A stretch of 64,000 nucleotides of DNA from the human T2T-CHM13v2.0 reference genome, Homo sapiens: NCBI RefSeq assembly GCF_009914755.1, contig NC_060935.1; one strand, 5' to 3'. The notes below the pieces were generated by a model that searched no databases, was not told the origin of the DNA, and saw nothing but the letters and a program-made list of their open reading frames with translations. The position numbers were made by a program, and so were the translations under genes. Shown here one piece after another: positions 40,201-53,880 of the stretch. Numbering within the stretch: position 1 is the first letter of the stretch; each line of letters opens with the position of its first letter.

Positions 40201-42363
40201 GACTGACAATATAGTGAGAATTATTATAAATATCAAGAAGGGGAAAAGTGGGGTTTGTTGAGGCCAGGAAAAAAAACTTAGAAGTCCTTTGATGATTGAG
40301 CTCAAATGTGTGAGAAATCACAGGTGGAGGGATTGGACAAACTCTCTGGATACTCCAAGGTGAGACCTGGGGCCCGTAGAGCACAGGAGTTTCAGGCAGA
40401 TGCTGTCTCCGTGTGAAGAAGAGCTTTCTAACCTTCCGCACTGCCCTACAATGGATTCTAAACCACATGGGGTTGTATGCCCCATATTATTAGGGAAGAA
40501 ACATCATTATTATGGATAGAGAGGACTGATGCTCAAGATTGGCCAACATGACCTCTGAGGTCATTCTGCTTTTGAGAGGCTCAGAGACCAAGTGTGAGCG
40601 TCACCACTGCCTCCCAAGATGGTGCCAGGTTAAGCTCTGCCATATTCTCTCCCTCCTTCTCAGGATTCCTTGCCATGCTGTGGCAGATATAAGAGCAACC
40701 TCTCTTTTGGTTTTTTTCCTTATATTTTCTTTTCTAATTCTGGTGCGGGTGTGCAGGGCAAGCTCTCTTGTTCTGACTCTTGGGCAGCCATGAATAGCAC
40801 CTTTCACAGGGTGCTATAAGGGTGTCCACCACTCCTCTGGTCATTATGCATTAAACCTTACTGTCCCTGAAAGTGAGTTTCCATACCAGCTGGCTTCTAG
40901 AAAGACCCTCAGAAACTTCTCTTGCCCTTTCCCATTGGACCCCAACTTTCTTCTACTCGCTCTTTCCTCTTTAGTTCCAAACTCTTCCAGCCCTGTGTTG
41001 AGCCTTCCAGACCCTCTCCTCTCTGGGACCTCAGCCACAGCACCATGCCTGATCCCACCTTGCAAAGAATTCAGAGGAAGACATCAAAGCTCTGGCCCTT
41101 CCTTAATGCAGGATTGTGAGTGCCCTTTCCTTGCTCATTCCATGCCACCAGAGAGAGGCTGAGCTCCCAGCTCTGGACACTGAGGATATGGAAGAGGGCA
41201 AGAGAAAGGAGAAGCTGGCAGAAAGAATAAGGCAAGATCCAGAGGAAAAAAAAAGAAGGAAACAAAATGCAAGGCAGACACAGGGGCAAATGGGGAGAGC
41301 CTTAGGAACTCTATGTTTAAGTGGTCTGATAATTAAATGAATAGTGTTTGGTGGGGGAGCCCACCTTTCAAAATCCCCACTGGTGGTAAAGCATATAAAA
41401 ACCTGAATAGCAAATATTTACTCGGAATTAACACAGAGCAGATTCCATCAGGCAACCTTAGGGCTGTTTCTGGAGTCTTACCTTAATGTCTTGTGTGGCA
41501 TGGGAGCCCAGGCGGGCACTAGACCTGGCGTAATATGCTAAACAAATCTAATGGTGTGCTTTATTTCCCCCCTCAGCAGAACTCTTAATTATGTATCTTG
41601 CAAGTGCACAGAGCAAATGGATTAGCCACGGCAGCTCTTTGCTGCTAGAGCAGCACCCTCCCCAGAAATCTTTGCAAGGAGACCATGAGCCAGCCCCACA
41701 GTCTGGGCCAGGGAGCTGGCAGGAGTCTGGAAAGAGCAAAGGTAGAGGCTGTTACAGAATAGGAGTCCTCAGCCAGGAGATGTCTGTTTTCTGGCACCCC
41801 AGAAGGAGAGGTAGGATGTGATTAACGGGTGTGTGGTAGTGGAGGCCAGGCCAGTCTTGCAGCTGCATGGGCTGAGGCAAGCTCTTTGAAAGGTTTCTCT
41901 GCTAAGGCCCATCTCTCCTAGTTTCCCTCCCAGAGCCATGCCTGAAAGACTCACCTGGCCTACCAGCCAGGATGTTGTCTAGTAGGATGACTCCCTACTG
42001 CCCCCTTAGCACCTCCTAGCAAATTGCAGGAACCCATGTGTCAGCGTAGCTAACTGTGACTTAGTGGAGTAGATGAGAGGGACTGGGACCCATGGGGGAA
42101 GAACAGTCAGGAAAATTCACAACTTGGGCTACAACTGGGGAAGGCAGGCCAATGAAAAATCAATAGAAGGTGCTCTAAGGATGTGGGTATAAGGGCAGAA
42201 ACCCATTTTGAAGTAACAATATGGGGACTATGCTGAAGACCTGCAGGTGGGCAGAGCAATGACACAAAGCTGGACACTGGCCAGGGACAGAAATATCACT
42301 GAGACTACCTGTCCACCAAACTCAGAGAGGTCAGAGGTGCCGAAGTGCGTGTGTAAGTGTGAT

Positions 42364-42389
42364 TGTGTGTGTGTGTGTGTGTGTGTGTG
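42364..42389. repeat. (TG)n microsatellite
   Basis: About 13 TG units. Confidence 0.95.
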
Positions 42390-42779
42390 GCATGCACACA
42401 TGCATTGAGCAGTCTCTGCCTAGGGCCTAAAGATCCTTCTCCACAATGCCTTTGGCACTGACATCTTGAGCAGGAGAATTCCAAGCAGGCATGGAAGTTA
42501 CCCTACTCTAACAAGTCCCTGGGATTTCGTACCCAGGACCTGGGTTTGCGTCCCACTCGACCACTCACTAGCAGCTCTCATAACCTCTCTGGGCCTCAGT
42601 TTCTCCTCCTGTTTTAGCATGTGAAAGATTAGCATGATGCCTCAAACTTATCAATAACAATATTTGCATCTGAGCGTTGAATGGTCATTTTACTTATAAT
42701 GTATTTCTCCAAGGGTCATAGGAGGGCTATTCATTGAAATTCATGAAACTGCTTTATAAACTGAAAAATGCAAGAATAA

Positions 42780-43000
42780 TCCTAACAATAACAGCACTTA
42801 TTGAGCACTTGCTATATGCCAAGCAACATGCGAGGTGTTTTACATGTATTACCTCATTCTGTCCTCACAATAATCCTATGATATAGATACTATTAGTATC
42901 CCGATTATTCAAATGAGGAAACTGAGGCACAAGAGAGGTTACCTAAATTCCTGAGGGTTGCATGACTAATACGTGGTGAAGCCAGGGTTCAAACGCCAGC
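42780..43000 (-). mobile_element. MIR SINE
   Basis: cacttattgagcacttgctatatgcca...aaatgaggaaactgaggcaca. Confidence 0.88.
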
Positions 43001-43253
43001 ATCTCACAGTGTTACTGTTATAAGACAGTTGCCTGGAACCGGGGAGCTCAGGAAAGAACAGGAGGCAGCAAGCTCATGCACTGCCCAACATCATAGGAAA
43101 TCAGTGGCCAAGGCAAAGCTTTAGGCTCCAGGCATGTAAGCAGCCTGGACTAAGGGCATATGTTACATTCAGAAGTCAGAATCAGGCAAGTTTAGAACAG
43201 AAGCACTCTGCAAAGAACAACAAAGCTTTGAAACAAGGCAACACTGCTCTCCA

Positions 43254-43272
43254 CGCTCACCAGATGGCGCTG
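43254..43272 (+). promoter_or_regulatory. Candidate CTCF site
   Basis: cgctcaccagatggcgctg versus consensus CCACCAG(G/A)(T/G)GGCGC; one core mismatch, CpG retained. Confidence 0.55.
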
Positions 43273-43470
43273 TGCAGTGTTCCCAGAAGCGTCTATTCGG
43301 TTTCATTCAACCAGAGAAATCATGGAGCACTTAACAGTGCACCAGGCTTGGGAGATGGACGACAGAAAGCCATGATCCCTGCCCTTGTGTAGCTTACAGC
43401 CTACCAAGAAAGGTTGATACTACACAAGGAATTGCAAGAGTGATGAGTTTAAAGGAGAAAAAGGTTTGGA

Positions 43471-43905
43471 TGTATATGTTAGGGTAATGCTAACTGCAAA
43501 AACAAAAAGACCCCAAAATGTATTATGGCTCAAATTTAAGAACTTTATCCCTCACTCATGGAACAGAACACAATGAATGCTCCTGATTGATAAGAGCAGC
43601 TGTCCTCTTCATTTCTTCCAGAGTTAGGCTAACAACAGCTCTGCTGTCTCCAGCATACATCCCACAAGGGCTCCCTGGGGACCACCATCCTAGTCAGCCA
43701 AAGGTCACCATCCCAGTCTTAATCTTTTGCAAGAAAGAGTGTGCCCAAAGGTTTTCATGGGCCAGGCCTAGGAGGGGCACACATCCCTTCCACTCACATG
43801 CAAATGACTAGACCTCAGCCAGTTGCCACAGCTAACTCCATAGGGACAGCTGAGAACCCGGGAGGAAGAGGAGGCCATGGATTTGATGAACTGTTAGCCA
43901 GCTGT
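43471..43905 (-). mobile_element. Old MaLR LTR (MLT1K-like)
   Basis: tgtatatgttagggtaatgctaactg...ccccaaaat...cttccactcacat; ends approximate. Confidence 0.6.
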
Positions 43906-44029
43906 CCCTGTGGGCTACAGAGGATCCTTGCACAACACATTCCCTCTGCTTGGAATTCCTCACCTTGCCCAAATTCCCTTCTTTTTACCCAGCAAACTCC
44001 ATGCCTTTATAAACAATGGTATATAATAC

Positions 44030-44383
44030 TGTATTAGTCTCTTCTCATGGGCTGATAAAGACATATTCAAGACTGGGCGATTTACAAAAGAAAGAGGTTT
44101 AATGGACTTACAGTTCCACATGGCTGGGGAAGCCTCACAATCATGGCAGAAGGCAAGGAGGAGCAAGTCACATCTTACATGGATGGCAGCAGGCAAAGAG
44201 AGAAAGCTTGTGCAGGGGCACTCCTCTTTATAAAACCATCAGATCTCATGAGACTTACTCACTATCAGGAGAACAGCACGGGAAAGACCTGCCCCAATGA
44301 TTCAATTATGTCCCACCAAGTCCCTCCCACAACACATGGGAATTCAATATGAGTTTGGGTGGGGACACAGCCAAACCATTTCA
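44030..44383 (-). mobile_element. THE1 (A/B-like) solo LTR
   Basis: tgtattagtc...ggggacacagccaaaccatttca with perfect TSD aatac (44025-44029 / 44384-44388). Confidence 0.95.
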
Positions 44384-44883
44384 AATACTCAATTTTAATT
44401 TCTTTCTCTTCTCAGACATTTAATACCCTTCTGTTCTCAAAAGCCCTATAAAAATTGTCACTCATACACAACTTACACTAATGGTGCCTTGGGAAGTCAG
44501 AAGGTTTTTGATCACATACTGGGCAAATCTGGGCAGGCAGCAAATCAAGCAGAAAACAAGACCTGAGGAGAGGGCTCCAGAACTGAGGCAGGGGCAGGAA
44601 TTCAGAACCACAAGGCATCAGCAGAACACAAGGCCACCCAGAGAACCCTCAAAACTATGGGGGAGAGGGACTCCCCAGAGGTGTGTGGGATGGAAGCTCA
44701 GATTATTTTATTTAGGTATTAAGAAGAAAGTGAAGGGCTATTAATAAAATCTGGAGGAAACCTAGGGACGTTAATGAAGACTCTAACACAATATGTTTCA
44801 CAAATGTTCATTAGATCAAAGACTAAGACACATTATTTATTATTGTGTACCAAGTACTGTACTTCAAAAAAAAAAAACCTCAA

Positions 44884-44999
44884 CAGATGGGGTCTTGCTA
44901 TGCTGCCCAGGCTGACCTAGGACTCCTGGCCTCAAGTGATCCTCCCACCTCGGCCTCCCAAAGTGCTGGGATTACAGGCATGAGCCACCGTGACTGGCC
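44884..44999 (-). mobile_element. FLAM-type free left Alu monomer
   Basis: gggtcttgctatgctgcccaggct...caaagtgctgggattacaggcatgagccacc; TSD ccaag(t/g)actgtacttca. Confidence 0.9.
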
Positions 45000-46244
45000 C
45001 TTCCAAGGACTGTACTTCACAACAGCCCCTTAGGTAAGAATTATTATGCCCAATTGACAGATAGGAAAATCACCCCAGAGACAACTGCACAGACCATAAA
45101 CAGGAGAGCTGAATTCAAGTTCAGGTTCTTAATCACTATACTGCCTCCTGCCTAAATGAGAGAATGAGTAGAGAAGGGTAAGAGGACAGTATTGGGTAAG
45201 AGCTTGGGACAAGGGTGGGCATACTGGAGATGCAACTGTAACAAGGGATCAAAGTTTTGAAAAGCTGGACTTCCTGGAGAGAGGGCAGCCTGCCAAGAAG
45301 GGCACAGACAGCCTCCAGGTGCCTGTGGGAGGTAAGCTGGTGATTCCAGCTTGCCAGCCGCCCCCAGGGAAGAAGGCAAAAGCCTGCTCACCCAGACGGT
45401 GGTTGCTCCTCTCTGCTGGGGCAGAAGGAAGGGAGCTCTTGGCAATGCTTGACTTGCTAAGCCTCAGGGGAGAAAAACCAGGGAGTTTGTGAGAGCAGCT
45501 CCCTAAGGTGCCTCAGGCAGGATGCAGCACTTTCCAGCAGAGAGTGAAATCAGGAAGAAGCGAATCAAGACCAGATGGAGTTAGTGTTCCAGCAAGTGCG
45601 TGTGGTTTTAGAAATGAAGGAGAAACATGGATTGAGGCCAAATTCAGTCCTCAGAGTTCCACAAACCTGCAGCCTCTGGGGAATTACGCAGACATAGGAC
45701 GTGGAAGCTAAGAGGCATCTTGGAGATCATCCTGTCCTTGCTGCTCATTCCACAATGGGGAAAACCGAGGCTTAGAGAGAGTAAGGTAGTGAAAGGGCTG
45801 GGAACATCTCCCAGATCACACAAAGGTAGTGGGCACACAAAGGGCCCGCATGGTACTCTTCTCCTGCATCGGCACTGCTGAGCTCTGCTAACTGAAGCAT
45901 TTCAGAGCTGCTGAGGTGCAGGTGCCTCTATGCCAGCTCCTCTCCATTTTCCCCCTTTCCCACTACCTCAGTCCCTACTCCAGCCCTATTCCAGAGCCTC
46001 TGAGTGCTTTGGTAGCTGGGTGACCCTGGCAAGACACTTAGCCTCTCTGTTAACCCAATTCCTTCACCTATAAAATGAGGAAGAAGAACAAGAAAATCTC
46101 TAAGTCCCAATGCTTGACCTATTGAGGAGTTAGACCTTTGCCAAACCCCTTCCTGTGCCTTCAAGGGCCACAATATAAGTTCAAAGGCTGAAATTGGGAG
46201 AAGTCAACCAAGATTGTCCCAGAGGATGCACAGGTATTTTCCTA

Positions 46245-47900
46245 GCATCGGTGGGGCCCAGGACAAGGATGCAAACAGAGGCCCACAAACCATAGGTCTA
46301 AATATTTAAAAGGTATGAATCAAGATAATAAACTTTGATAAATATGTTTACCTTCTGCTATAAATTGAGTGCTTGTGTTCCCCTAAAATTCATATGTTGA
46401 AATCCCAGCCCCTAAGGTGATGGTGTTAGGAGGCGGGACCTTTTGGGAAATGTTTAGGTCCTAAGAGTGGAGCCATTATAAATGAGATGAGTGCCCTTAT
46501 AAATGTGGCCCAAGAAATCTCTTTCCCCTTCCACCATGTAAGGACACAATGAGAAGCCACCATTTGGGAGCCAGAAAGCAGACCCTCCCCAGACACTGAA
46601 TTTGCCAGCACCTTGATCTTGGAGTTCCCAGCCTCCAGAACCATAAGAAATAAACTTCTGTTGTTCATAGGTTACCTAGTTTATGATATTTTGTTATCAC
46701 AGCCAGGACATACTAAGACATCCCCCTACCTTGACAAATACACTTTCATGCATTTGTCAAAACATAAGTATAAAGTCATGGATTTCTTTTATTATGACTG
46801 AAAGTTGGCAAATATCAAAGATAGATGAATTTAATTATTGCACATGTTTGGGTGCTGACAATGTTTGGATGAGTAATAAAACAAAGATAAAATAATTCAG
46901 AAACCATTATATATTTACTCTGAAATTATTTTTCTTGCCTTTATTTAAACAGAATCCCTAATTATGTTGTTATAATTAAGATGTTTACATAATTTGTATT
47001 CTATTGAGATCAACGCCAACTTAGACAACATTTCTTGAATTGTTGTAGTTCTTAAATCGTTTTTTCATTAACTTCAATTGGGAAAAACTTCTCTGCTGAG
47101 GCAGTAGAAATTTGAAAAGACAATTTAAAGCCACACTTCTATATATTCAGAAATGACCATTGAATTTTACTTGTTTCCAAACAGTATACTGTGGTCACAT
47201 ACGATAAATTATCATTTCAGAAAATACTATAAAATAGTTTATTTTCATCACTGTTTCTTATAGCAATATCTAAATTCATAATGTAGAGAATCTGTGTCAG
47301 TCTGTTTCACACTTTATACAAGTTATATCTAGACATTTAAGAAAAATATAAGTTGTTTAATGTTGCAAAATGATTCTCAGTTTTTACAAGCAACTATTGC
47401 AAATACCATGCTAATTAGTGAATACCTCCAGAACCACGAATTTAAACACAAAGAAAACAAGAAAATAGATGCTCAGCACTGTGGATACTTCATTATGAAA
47501 GACTCTATTGCACCCATGCTATCTGAGAGGAAGGATTTGACAGGTAATTAATTGGTCTTATATCTAAGCATTCCCACTGCTTCAATCCCTGGTTCCCCCC
47601 CACCCACTCCAAAGCATTGTCTCTCCTTTGTGGGCAACAGCACAATCCACAAACTTTCATGGCATTCTGACTCAGCTGCCTTTTGTTTCAAGGACATAGG
47701 GCAAAAGACATGTAGAAGCACTTCTCTGGGGCCTAAGCAGGGTTAGTCTTGGGTGTGGATGTTTAGGGTTAGGGATCATTCCAAGCCAGGGGTGAACACG
47801 GGAATCCAATAACAGAGGAACCCATGTGTTCTTTAATAAACCTGTTAGGGGAGAGGGTCTAAATGGGCCTTTCAAAGTGCAGAGGCCAGGTGAAGTTCTC
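46245..47900 (-). mobile_element. hAT-Tip100 (Zaphod-like) DNA transposon relic with transposase C-terminus
   Basis: Minus strand 47110-46921 reads STASAE/SFSQLKLMK/DLRTTTIQEMLSKLALISIEYKLCKHLNYNNIIRDSV*IKARK (two frameshifts, one stop), the hAT dimerisation-domain motif; outer boundaries uncertain. Confidence 0.8.
46356..46720 (+). mobile_element. MLT1A-like solo LTR nested in the hAT relic
   Basis: tgctata...aaaattcatatgttgaaa...cccagcctccagaaccataagaaataaa...actaagaca. Confidence 0.9.
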
Positions 47901-48149
47901 CGTTTGCTCAGATAAGGATGTTATATTAGAAGTCATTTCCAAGTTCTTTTGGGGAGCATGTGACAGCAACCATTTCATCCTCTCCTGCCCCATGCACTTG
48001 CCCACCAAGTCTCACCAGACTACTCAGACTTCTCTGTGATGCACTGTTGCCCCTCTGTCATTCTGTTCATGTGCTCACCTCTGCCTGAAATGTGTTTCCC
48101 CTTTTTCTTTGTCTATTCAGGTCTTATACAGTTTGTACTCAGTAGGGCA

Positions 48150-48525
48150 TAAATCTGATTGTTCTCACACTGCTCATAAAGACATAGCTGAGACTGAGTA
48201 ATTTACAAAGGAAAGAGGTTTAATTGACTCACAGTTCAGCATGGCTGGGGAGGCCTCAGCAAACTTACAAGCATGGCAGAAGGGGAAGCAAACATGTCCT
48301 TTTTCACATGGCAGAAGCAAGGAGAAGTGCCGAGCTAAAGGGTGAAATGCCCCTTATAAAGCCATCAGATCTTGTGAGAATTCACTCACTATCACGTGAA
48401 CGGCATGAAGGTAACCAACCCCATGATTCAATTACCTCCCACTGGGTCCCTCTCACAATACGTGGGGATTATGGGACCTGCAATTCAAGATGGGATTTGG
48501 GTGGGGACACAGCCAAACCATATCA
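48150..48525 (-). mobile_element. THE1C/D-like solo LTR
   Basis: gttctcacactgct...gaggtttaattgactcacagttc...ggggacacagccaaaccatatca; left terminus eroded. Confidence 0.92.
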
Positions 48526-49729
48526 CCGACATTTGTTTTTCTAGCTACACCTTCCATCGTGCTCTTTGGAATCTCTCATTAACAAACTCATAGACAGACA
48601 CCTTATACTCCTAGTCACTTTCCTGGGTCTGGAGCCATTAGTGCTGAGAACAGGAAGGGAAATCCGGAGAAATAGCTGGAATGATTGTAATAACTGGTGG
48701 CCTGATCCCACAGGGAAATCTCTAATTGGCTCAGCCTGCTTTCATCTCCTGCTGGTGGCTCTGCCCATGTGATGATTTCTGTGCACAAGATACACATTTT
48801 CTTACATAGGTGTTCTATGTCACCTGCCCCTCTTGGCACTGATGTCGGGAAGCGACAGCATGGCTACCTTGGCCCCCTGCCTAAGTCTATCCCCCAACCC
48901 CTAAATGAAGGCTCTCCCTTCGTTTAGTGGCCACCTAGACAGCCCCACAGAAACTCCTCCTCCTCTGTTCCTTGCTCTTTCTGATCCATGACCTTCTGGG
49001 TCTTCTTTGGGGCCCTTTGAGAGCAGAGGAGGATTAAGATTCAAGGGAGACTGCCCTATCTTCTTCCCAGGCTCTCTATTCTACAGTTCTTTGTGGCCTT
49101 GGTCCAAGCTGTTTCAACAAGCCACTCTGCTTCTTACTTCCTATCACCCCTACTCCCACTTCAGAAATCTCCAGGAAAAAAGCAAGCAGAAGACACAGAG
49201 CAAGCGTTCCCAAGAGCCTGCTCGCCATCCTCAAATCCAGTCAAAGCACTGCAATGTTTCATTTTCCGGGGAGTGAGATGTAAATCTCTCTTCTTATAGG
49301 TACCCCCAATCTCCATCAATAATTCCTGTAGAGCCCCCTCCCCCTCACCTGGCTCTGGGAGGGAGTGAGAATGTCTCAACAGTCTCTAAAAGACCATTCT
49401 AAAAGAATGGTTTGCTCCTCTCTCTTCTTCCGTAGCCTGGGATGTTGGGTACTAGGAAGTGGTGAGGAGGTGGTGACACAACCAGATCTGCCTCTTAATA
49501 ACCCCTGAAGAAGTCCATGTGGTTGATGTCCCTCTTTAGAATGTGGTTCTTACCACTTATTGTACCCAGCTTTCAATCCCATCGCCAAGTCAACATCCTA
49601 ATACATTTGCCTAGTGTAGGTCCTTCAAGGGCAGTCAAGTTCCACCGCTCCAGAGTGTGCCATAGCCCCCCAAGCAGCCAGTCTTAATATCTGGCCTCCT
49701 TTGCTGTTTGCAACCTCTTTCTTTGGCAT

Positions 49730-49935
49730 GTGAGTGCCTAAAGGGCAGGGACAGGGGCTGATGCATCTCTGTATTCCCAGGACCTTGCACCAGATCTGGC
49801 ACCTCTCAAGCCCACAACAAAAATTTGTTGGATGAATAAATAAAATAAACAAACTTAATTAAGAAATACTGAATAAGTCAACTATTGAATAAAGAAGGAA
49901 ATAAATAAATGAATGACTGAAGGAATGAATGAGCA
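49730..49935 (+). mobile_element. L2 3' end with (AAT/GAAT)-rich tail
   Basis: agggcagggac...tctctgtattccca...tttgttggatgaataaat. Confidence 0.7.
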
Positions 49936-52900
49936 AGCCCAGAATCTGACTGGGTCCCCCTCTTGTCTTCCAACCTCCCATGAAGCTCTCAGGAAGCCCA
50001 TTTGCAGATGGCCCTCAGCTCCTTAGATTCCAGGAGAGCAGGCTGCCAAGCCCATGGATATGGAACTGTTAGCTCAGGAGGCAACAGCCTCACCGTGTAA
50101 AATCACAGTCTATTCTAGCCAAATTAACTAGGTAATACTCTGCATTGGTGTAAAATTCTCCATCAAACCATGAAGACTGGCGTTTAAAACATTTAAGACC
50201 CGAGAAGGGGAGGAGAGGGCAAGAGAGACCATTGCTTTTCCTGGCAAGTAATGGTGAAGGTTTTCCCAGCCTGGCTAAGCAGGGAGGAGCCCCACCTGGG
50301 ATTCTCAAAGCCAGTGCCCGCTCCATGCCCCTGGCTGGGCCTCCTTGCCCAGAGCTCCTCACAAGGTCTTTCCATTCTTGGGGTCACTGACCCTACACTG
50401 GGCCCTCCTGTGGACATTTAGTTGGATGATGCTGAGGGCATCAGACAGAAGGAAGACTAAGCTGGAATCTCCCCAGGCAAACACACTATGGCATTTCCTG
50501 ACACCCCACCCCCACCCCCAACCCTCCTTATGGGGAAGCCACCCCTGCACCGATTCCAGAGCACCCTTCATTTTTAGAACCCAGAAGATTCAGCACCTTA
50601 CATTCCCAGTGGTCCCCGGGGCTCCCCCTAGTGGTCCCATAATTGAAGTGAACAGAGATTATCCCTGAGTCTTGGCTGGATGTTACAAAGAGCATCTTTT
50701 TCTGTCAATAACATTTATTGGGCACCTCCCACAGCCAGGTGCTAGGACTCTTGCGAGGGGTCACAGGCCTTGATTACAGGTAGCCTGTGAGCCTGCGGGG
50801 CAGTACCGTGTGTCTTTGCCTTTCTGGTGCCCACGATGGCATCGAGTCAGTGCTGGCAAACGCTGTAACAGATACTTGCATTCAGCAATGAAAAGTGAGT
50901 AACAGAAACAGTAATACAAGATACCTCCACGTACACCCATCAAACTAGCAACCACTCATCCCAACCCCTCGGGGTTTGGTTCTGGGGCCCCCCCGCAGGA
51001 GGGGGAGAAAAGGAGGCAGCCTCCCGGGGGATTATTCTGTGCTGAGGTAGCATACTGGCTGCTGTGCCCTGGGGAGCCAGCTCCCTGCATAAGTGCACAG
51101 ATAGACAGATAGATCGTATTAAGCATACAACATTCAGGGGCTTCATTTGGAAAAGACACTGATTCTAAATGGCTGTTTGCCATTGACAAGGCACATCACC
51201 AAGGCTAACGCAGACAGCTCTGGGTTATCCAGCTTGTATTCCTGCCACCCCTCCATCCCCTGTGTGGGCACACACATGCACCCTAGGGCCCCACTTGCTC
51301 TAGCCTTGTGCCCAAGCTGATACTGCATTCCGGGCGGCAGACTGTCTTGGCAGAGACCAGATGCCAGCAGATCCCTCCCTGTCCCCTGGGGATCTCAGGC
51401 CCAGCTGTAGTAGCCAGGCAGCCTTGGGACCCTACAGTCTCCACCCATCCCCCACCCCCAGAGCTCATCAACACAACTCCCCATCTCCCTGTCCCCTCTC
51501 CCACCCCATCCTCCCTCTTTACTGCTTATGCCTGTGTAGGCAGGAGGCAAAGCGATGCGAATACATTAACATTTCCTTAATTCTATCTGCGCCTCCAAAA
51601 CTCTGAGTCACAACTGGGTGGGTTTTCGTGCCTGGTGAACTGTCAGCCTCATTCAGAAATGCCATTTTCTACTTTGCTCCTGGATCAGCGAGAGGACAAG
51701 TGGCGGGTGGGGGGGCACGGGGATGGGAAGTGGCACACCCAACACTGGCCCTTGACTGATGACAAGATTGAGGCCCCTGCGGTCCCTAGGAGAAGCTGTG
51801 TGAGTTTCTACTGAGAACCCTAGAACTTTGCCTTTGTATAGCAATGTTTACATTTTACAACATGCACTCACCTACCTTATTTTGTCATTTGTACATCCAT
51901 TTCATATAAGTGAAAAGTGAAGTACAAAGATCTGAAATGCCTTGCCTGGATATGACACAGCTAATAATGACAGAGTCAAAGCTAATATTTTTATCTTCTG
52001 GGTCCAAGTTCATGCTACGCCTCCTGACCTCGCCGCTGCTGGAAAACTTCCAAAAATGTCACCTTTTCCCTGAAGTTTGAGAGTTCAAGTTTGACCTTGT
52101 CACAAGATTCATGCAAAGGAGACTTCAAACACAGATTTTTGGCCGGGAGTTGTTTTTCTTTTTTTCTCTTTTTCTTTTTTTTTTTTTTTTTCTGATGTGT
52201 TTCTGGATGTTTTAGGCAGAGCACAATTTCTCCAGCTGCTCACATGGTCCCCACCCCCTGCTGTGTTATAGGACCAGTTCCAGTTCACATGTGTCCATTT
52301 CCTGCCTGGATCTAGAATTTGAACTTCACACAAGGTTTCTGTCACCTAAGGCCAGTTCTCTATTCATACAAAGAAGGGGGGCACCAGTGGAGTGTGATCT
52401 CCATAATGCTGGCCAGCCCCCTTTGCTCAAAAATGACTCACTTTTAACACATATTAATCCTGTGAGCAAGGCAGTCAGTCTGTTCGGCACTGAGTAGATA
52501 CAAAGACGAATAAGTGTGGCCTTTCCCTCCAGCAATGTAGTCGGACATGGAAAACACACACAATAATTATATCTAAGCCAATGGTGTGGCTACAAAAATG
52601 CCATAGAACCAGGACAGCCTAGGGTACTGGGGAAGAAAGGGGAACAGGATGAGACGGTGGGTGAATGATGCTGAAAGAAAAAGTGAGAGGATGCTAAAAA
52701 AAAATAAATAAATAAAGCTAACTTTATCTCCCGCTTGCCTCAAAGACCTGAGTGGCCAGGTATCCCTGCACTCAGCCATCCAGGACTCCTCCCTGGTCCA
52801 AGACCCTGCACACGTCTCTCCACACCTGCATATGCCCAGGGTTCTGATATCAAGATTTAGTGCCTCAGCCTTGCCAGCTCAAGGACTTGATCATGGTGGC

Positions 52901-53452
52901 TGAGTTCAGTTGAGGGTCTGCCCTCTCTGGCTTAGCATCAGGGAAACTGCAAGAAGCTGCCAGACTCCTGCCTGAACACAAGGAATGCTGGAACCTGAGC
53001 AGCCAGGGCCAGTGGGAAAGGAGGAGGGGCGGGAGTGGAGGTGCGGCCAGGATGAGGAAAACTCATGGGGTCAGTTGGCTTCTCAGAAACCCAAGAGCAC
53101 AGGGAAAGTTCAGACCTGTCTAGAGCCTGCATGATATCCAGGGGTCCAATCCAGTAGGTGAGCCCCACAACAGGAATGTTATATAATAGGCATGTTTCCA
53201 GAACAGTATGTCTTAACCCACAGGTCTCTATGAACTGACAGGTATTTCAGAAGTAATGCATCCCAAATAATAAAAAATTAAAGTTTACAAATAACTTGTT
53301 TGATTAAATCAGCGTAAATTCAAATGTAACCATGGAAAAACATTTTTTCATTTATTCTTTGGCCGTTCGTTCATTTCACAAATACTAACCCCTGATTATG
53401 TAAGCTAAGCACTGTACCTCTCATTCTTAATCATTGTATTCCTAAGTGTACT

Positions 53453-53880
53453 CTTTTTTAACAGCTTTATTGAGATATAATTCAAATGCTACACAATTCA
53501 CCCATTTAAGGTGTACGATTCAATGATTTTTTAATGTATTCCCAGAGTTATGCAACCATTACCACAGAAAATTTTAGAACATATTTATTCCAAAAAGCAT
53601 CCCCACATCCTTTAGCTATCATCCCCTATCCTACCGCAGACCTAAGCAACAACTACTCCACTTCCTCTCTATATAGATTTCCCTGCTCTGGACTTTTCTA
53701 TGAATGGAATCATATAGCATGTGGTCTTTTGTGACCTGGCTTCTTTCACTTAGCATGATGTTTTCAAGATTCTCCATGTTGTAGCATGTATCAGTACTTC
53801 ATTCCTTTTTAAGACCAAATAATATCCCATTGTATGGATAGACTACATTTTGTTTACTTATTTTCCAGTTGATGGTCTAA
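53453..53880 (-). mobile_element. L1MB-type 3' end
   Basis: cagctttattgagatataattca...tggaatcatatagcatgtggtcttttgtg...ctttcacttagcatgatgttttcaag. Confidence 0.9.
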
